Shown here: piece after piece, positions 63,294 through 64,000 of the stretch
Layout of the letters: every line of letters starts with the position of its first letter
Position numbering within the stretch: the stretch's first letter is position 1
NCBI GenBank assembly: GCA_913057905.1
Contig: CAJXPB010000007.1
Location: forward strand, 57,807 to 121,806
Origin: an uncultured Pseudomonadota bacterium
GTDB taxonomy: Bacteria > Myxococcota_A > Bradymonadia > Bradymonadales > Bradymonadaceae
Direction: 5' to 3'
DNA length: 64,000 bases
Translations under genes and position numbers: made by a program
The notes under the pieces: model-generated
Told to the model about the DNA's origin: nothing
Seen by the model: only the letters and a program-made list of their open reading frames with translations
Database searches by the model: none

Positions 63294-64000
63294 TCAGTTT
63301 GCTTCTTCGAAGTCGGCATCGATGACGTCGTCGTCATCGTCGTCGGAGTCGGACTCGTCGCCTCCGGCCTCGCCGGGGGTCGGTCCACCCGCACCGGGGC
63401 CGGCCGCTCCGGGGCCAGCAGCACCGGGTCCGGCCGCTCCAGGTCCGGCGGCGCCGGGACCTGCTGCTCCGGGGCCAGCAGCGCCAGGACCGCCGGCGGC
63501 GTCGCCGTACATCTCCTGGGTGATGCTGTGCAGCGTCTCCTCGAGGTCCTCCATCAGGTCCTCGAGTTCATCGTGGCGGTGCTCCTCGACCGCTTCGTCG
63601 AGGGCGTCGACCTTCTCCTCGATTTTCTCGCGATCTTCGTCGGAGAGATTCTCTCCGTGCTCGTCGATGAAGCGTCGGCCGGAGTGGGCGGTCGCATCGG
63701 CCTCGTTGCGAAGCTCGATGCGCTCCTTTTTCTTCTTGTCTTCCTCACGGTGTTTTTCGGCCTCGTCGACCAGGTCTTCGATCTCCTCTTCGGAGAGACC
63801 GGAGGACGCCTCGATGCGTATCTCCTGCTTCTTCCCGGTCGCTTTGTCCTCGGCCGAGACGTTCAGGATGCCGTTGGCGTCGATGTCGAAGGTGACCTCG
63901 ATCTGAGGCGTGCCACGCGGCGCCGGCGGGATACCTTCCAGGTTGAACTTGCCGATGGTCTTGTTGTCCTCGGCCATCGGACGTTCGCCCTGAAGCACAT
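63294..64000 (-). CDS. dnaK: molecular chaperone DnaK, C-terminal part (gene runs off the right edge)
   Basis: ...[62 protein letters not shown]... is the Hsp70 substrate-binding-domain signature. The tail is ...[13 protein letters not shown]. The M at 63998 in the ORF track is not the true start. Confidence 0.96.
   Translation of the reverse strand, partial: VLQGERPMAEDNKTIGKFNLEGIPPAPRGTPQIEVTFDIDANGILNVSAEDKATGKKQEIRIEASSGLSEEEIEDLVDEAEKHREEDKKKKERIELRNEADATAHSGRRFIDEHGENLSDEDREKIEEKVDALDEAVEEHRHDELEDLMEDLEETLHSITQEMYGDAAGGPGAAGPGAAGPGAAGPGAAGPGAAGPGAAGPGAGGPTPGEAGGDESDSDDDDDDVIDADFEEAN

Overview
High-GC bacterial chromosomal segment. The gene content (many lipoproteins, giant sigma54 activators, mreBCD-mrdA-rodA) suggests a deltaproteobacterial or Myxococcota-like organism, but that is inference only. 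I call about 55 protein genes, one tRNA-Gly, and no rRNA, CRISPR array, transposase or integrase. Most of the window is housekeeping. From left to right: (1) the suf Fe-S operon (sufS partial, sufD, sufC, sufB, Rrf2 regulator, minus strand); (2) a REC-histidine kinase and a methyltransferase; (3) carB-greA and lon; (4) a + strand acyl-CoA cluster (qor, hbd, crt, B12-binding mutase subunit, acd, meaB); (5) cyclophilin, purA, a class-V aminotransferase, dprA and a PP2C phosphatase; (6) envelope lipoproteins and an OMP; (7) mltG-ruvX-serS, transaldolase, fxsA, a PfkB kinase, an aldehyde dehydrogenase, mazG, a twin ABC ATPase and trxA; (8) rodA-mrdA-mreDCB, a ppiD-like gene and DUF1641-like plus sqr; (9) tRNA-Gly and the dnaK 3' end. 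The non-housekeeping part is 20.4-32.2 kb. It holds a tandemly duplicated two-gene module, each copy consisting of a ~1296-aa protein followed by an acidic lipoprotein. The large protein combines a degenerate STAND-like NTPase, a TPR array, a sigma54 AAA+ domain and a Fis-type HTH. The upstream copy faces, divergently, a good -24/-12 sigma54 promoter that drives two secreted proteins of unknown family. The second unexplained object lies directly downstream of tRNA-Gly. It is a 163-nt rod-like imperfect hairpin, and one of its arms recurs as a 26-nt direct repeat. All calls rest on motifs read from the supplied translations plus my own reading of the DNA. No database search was run.
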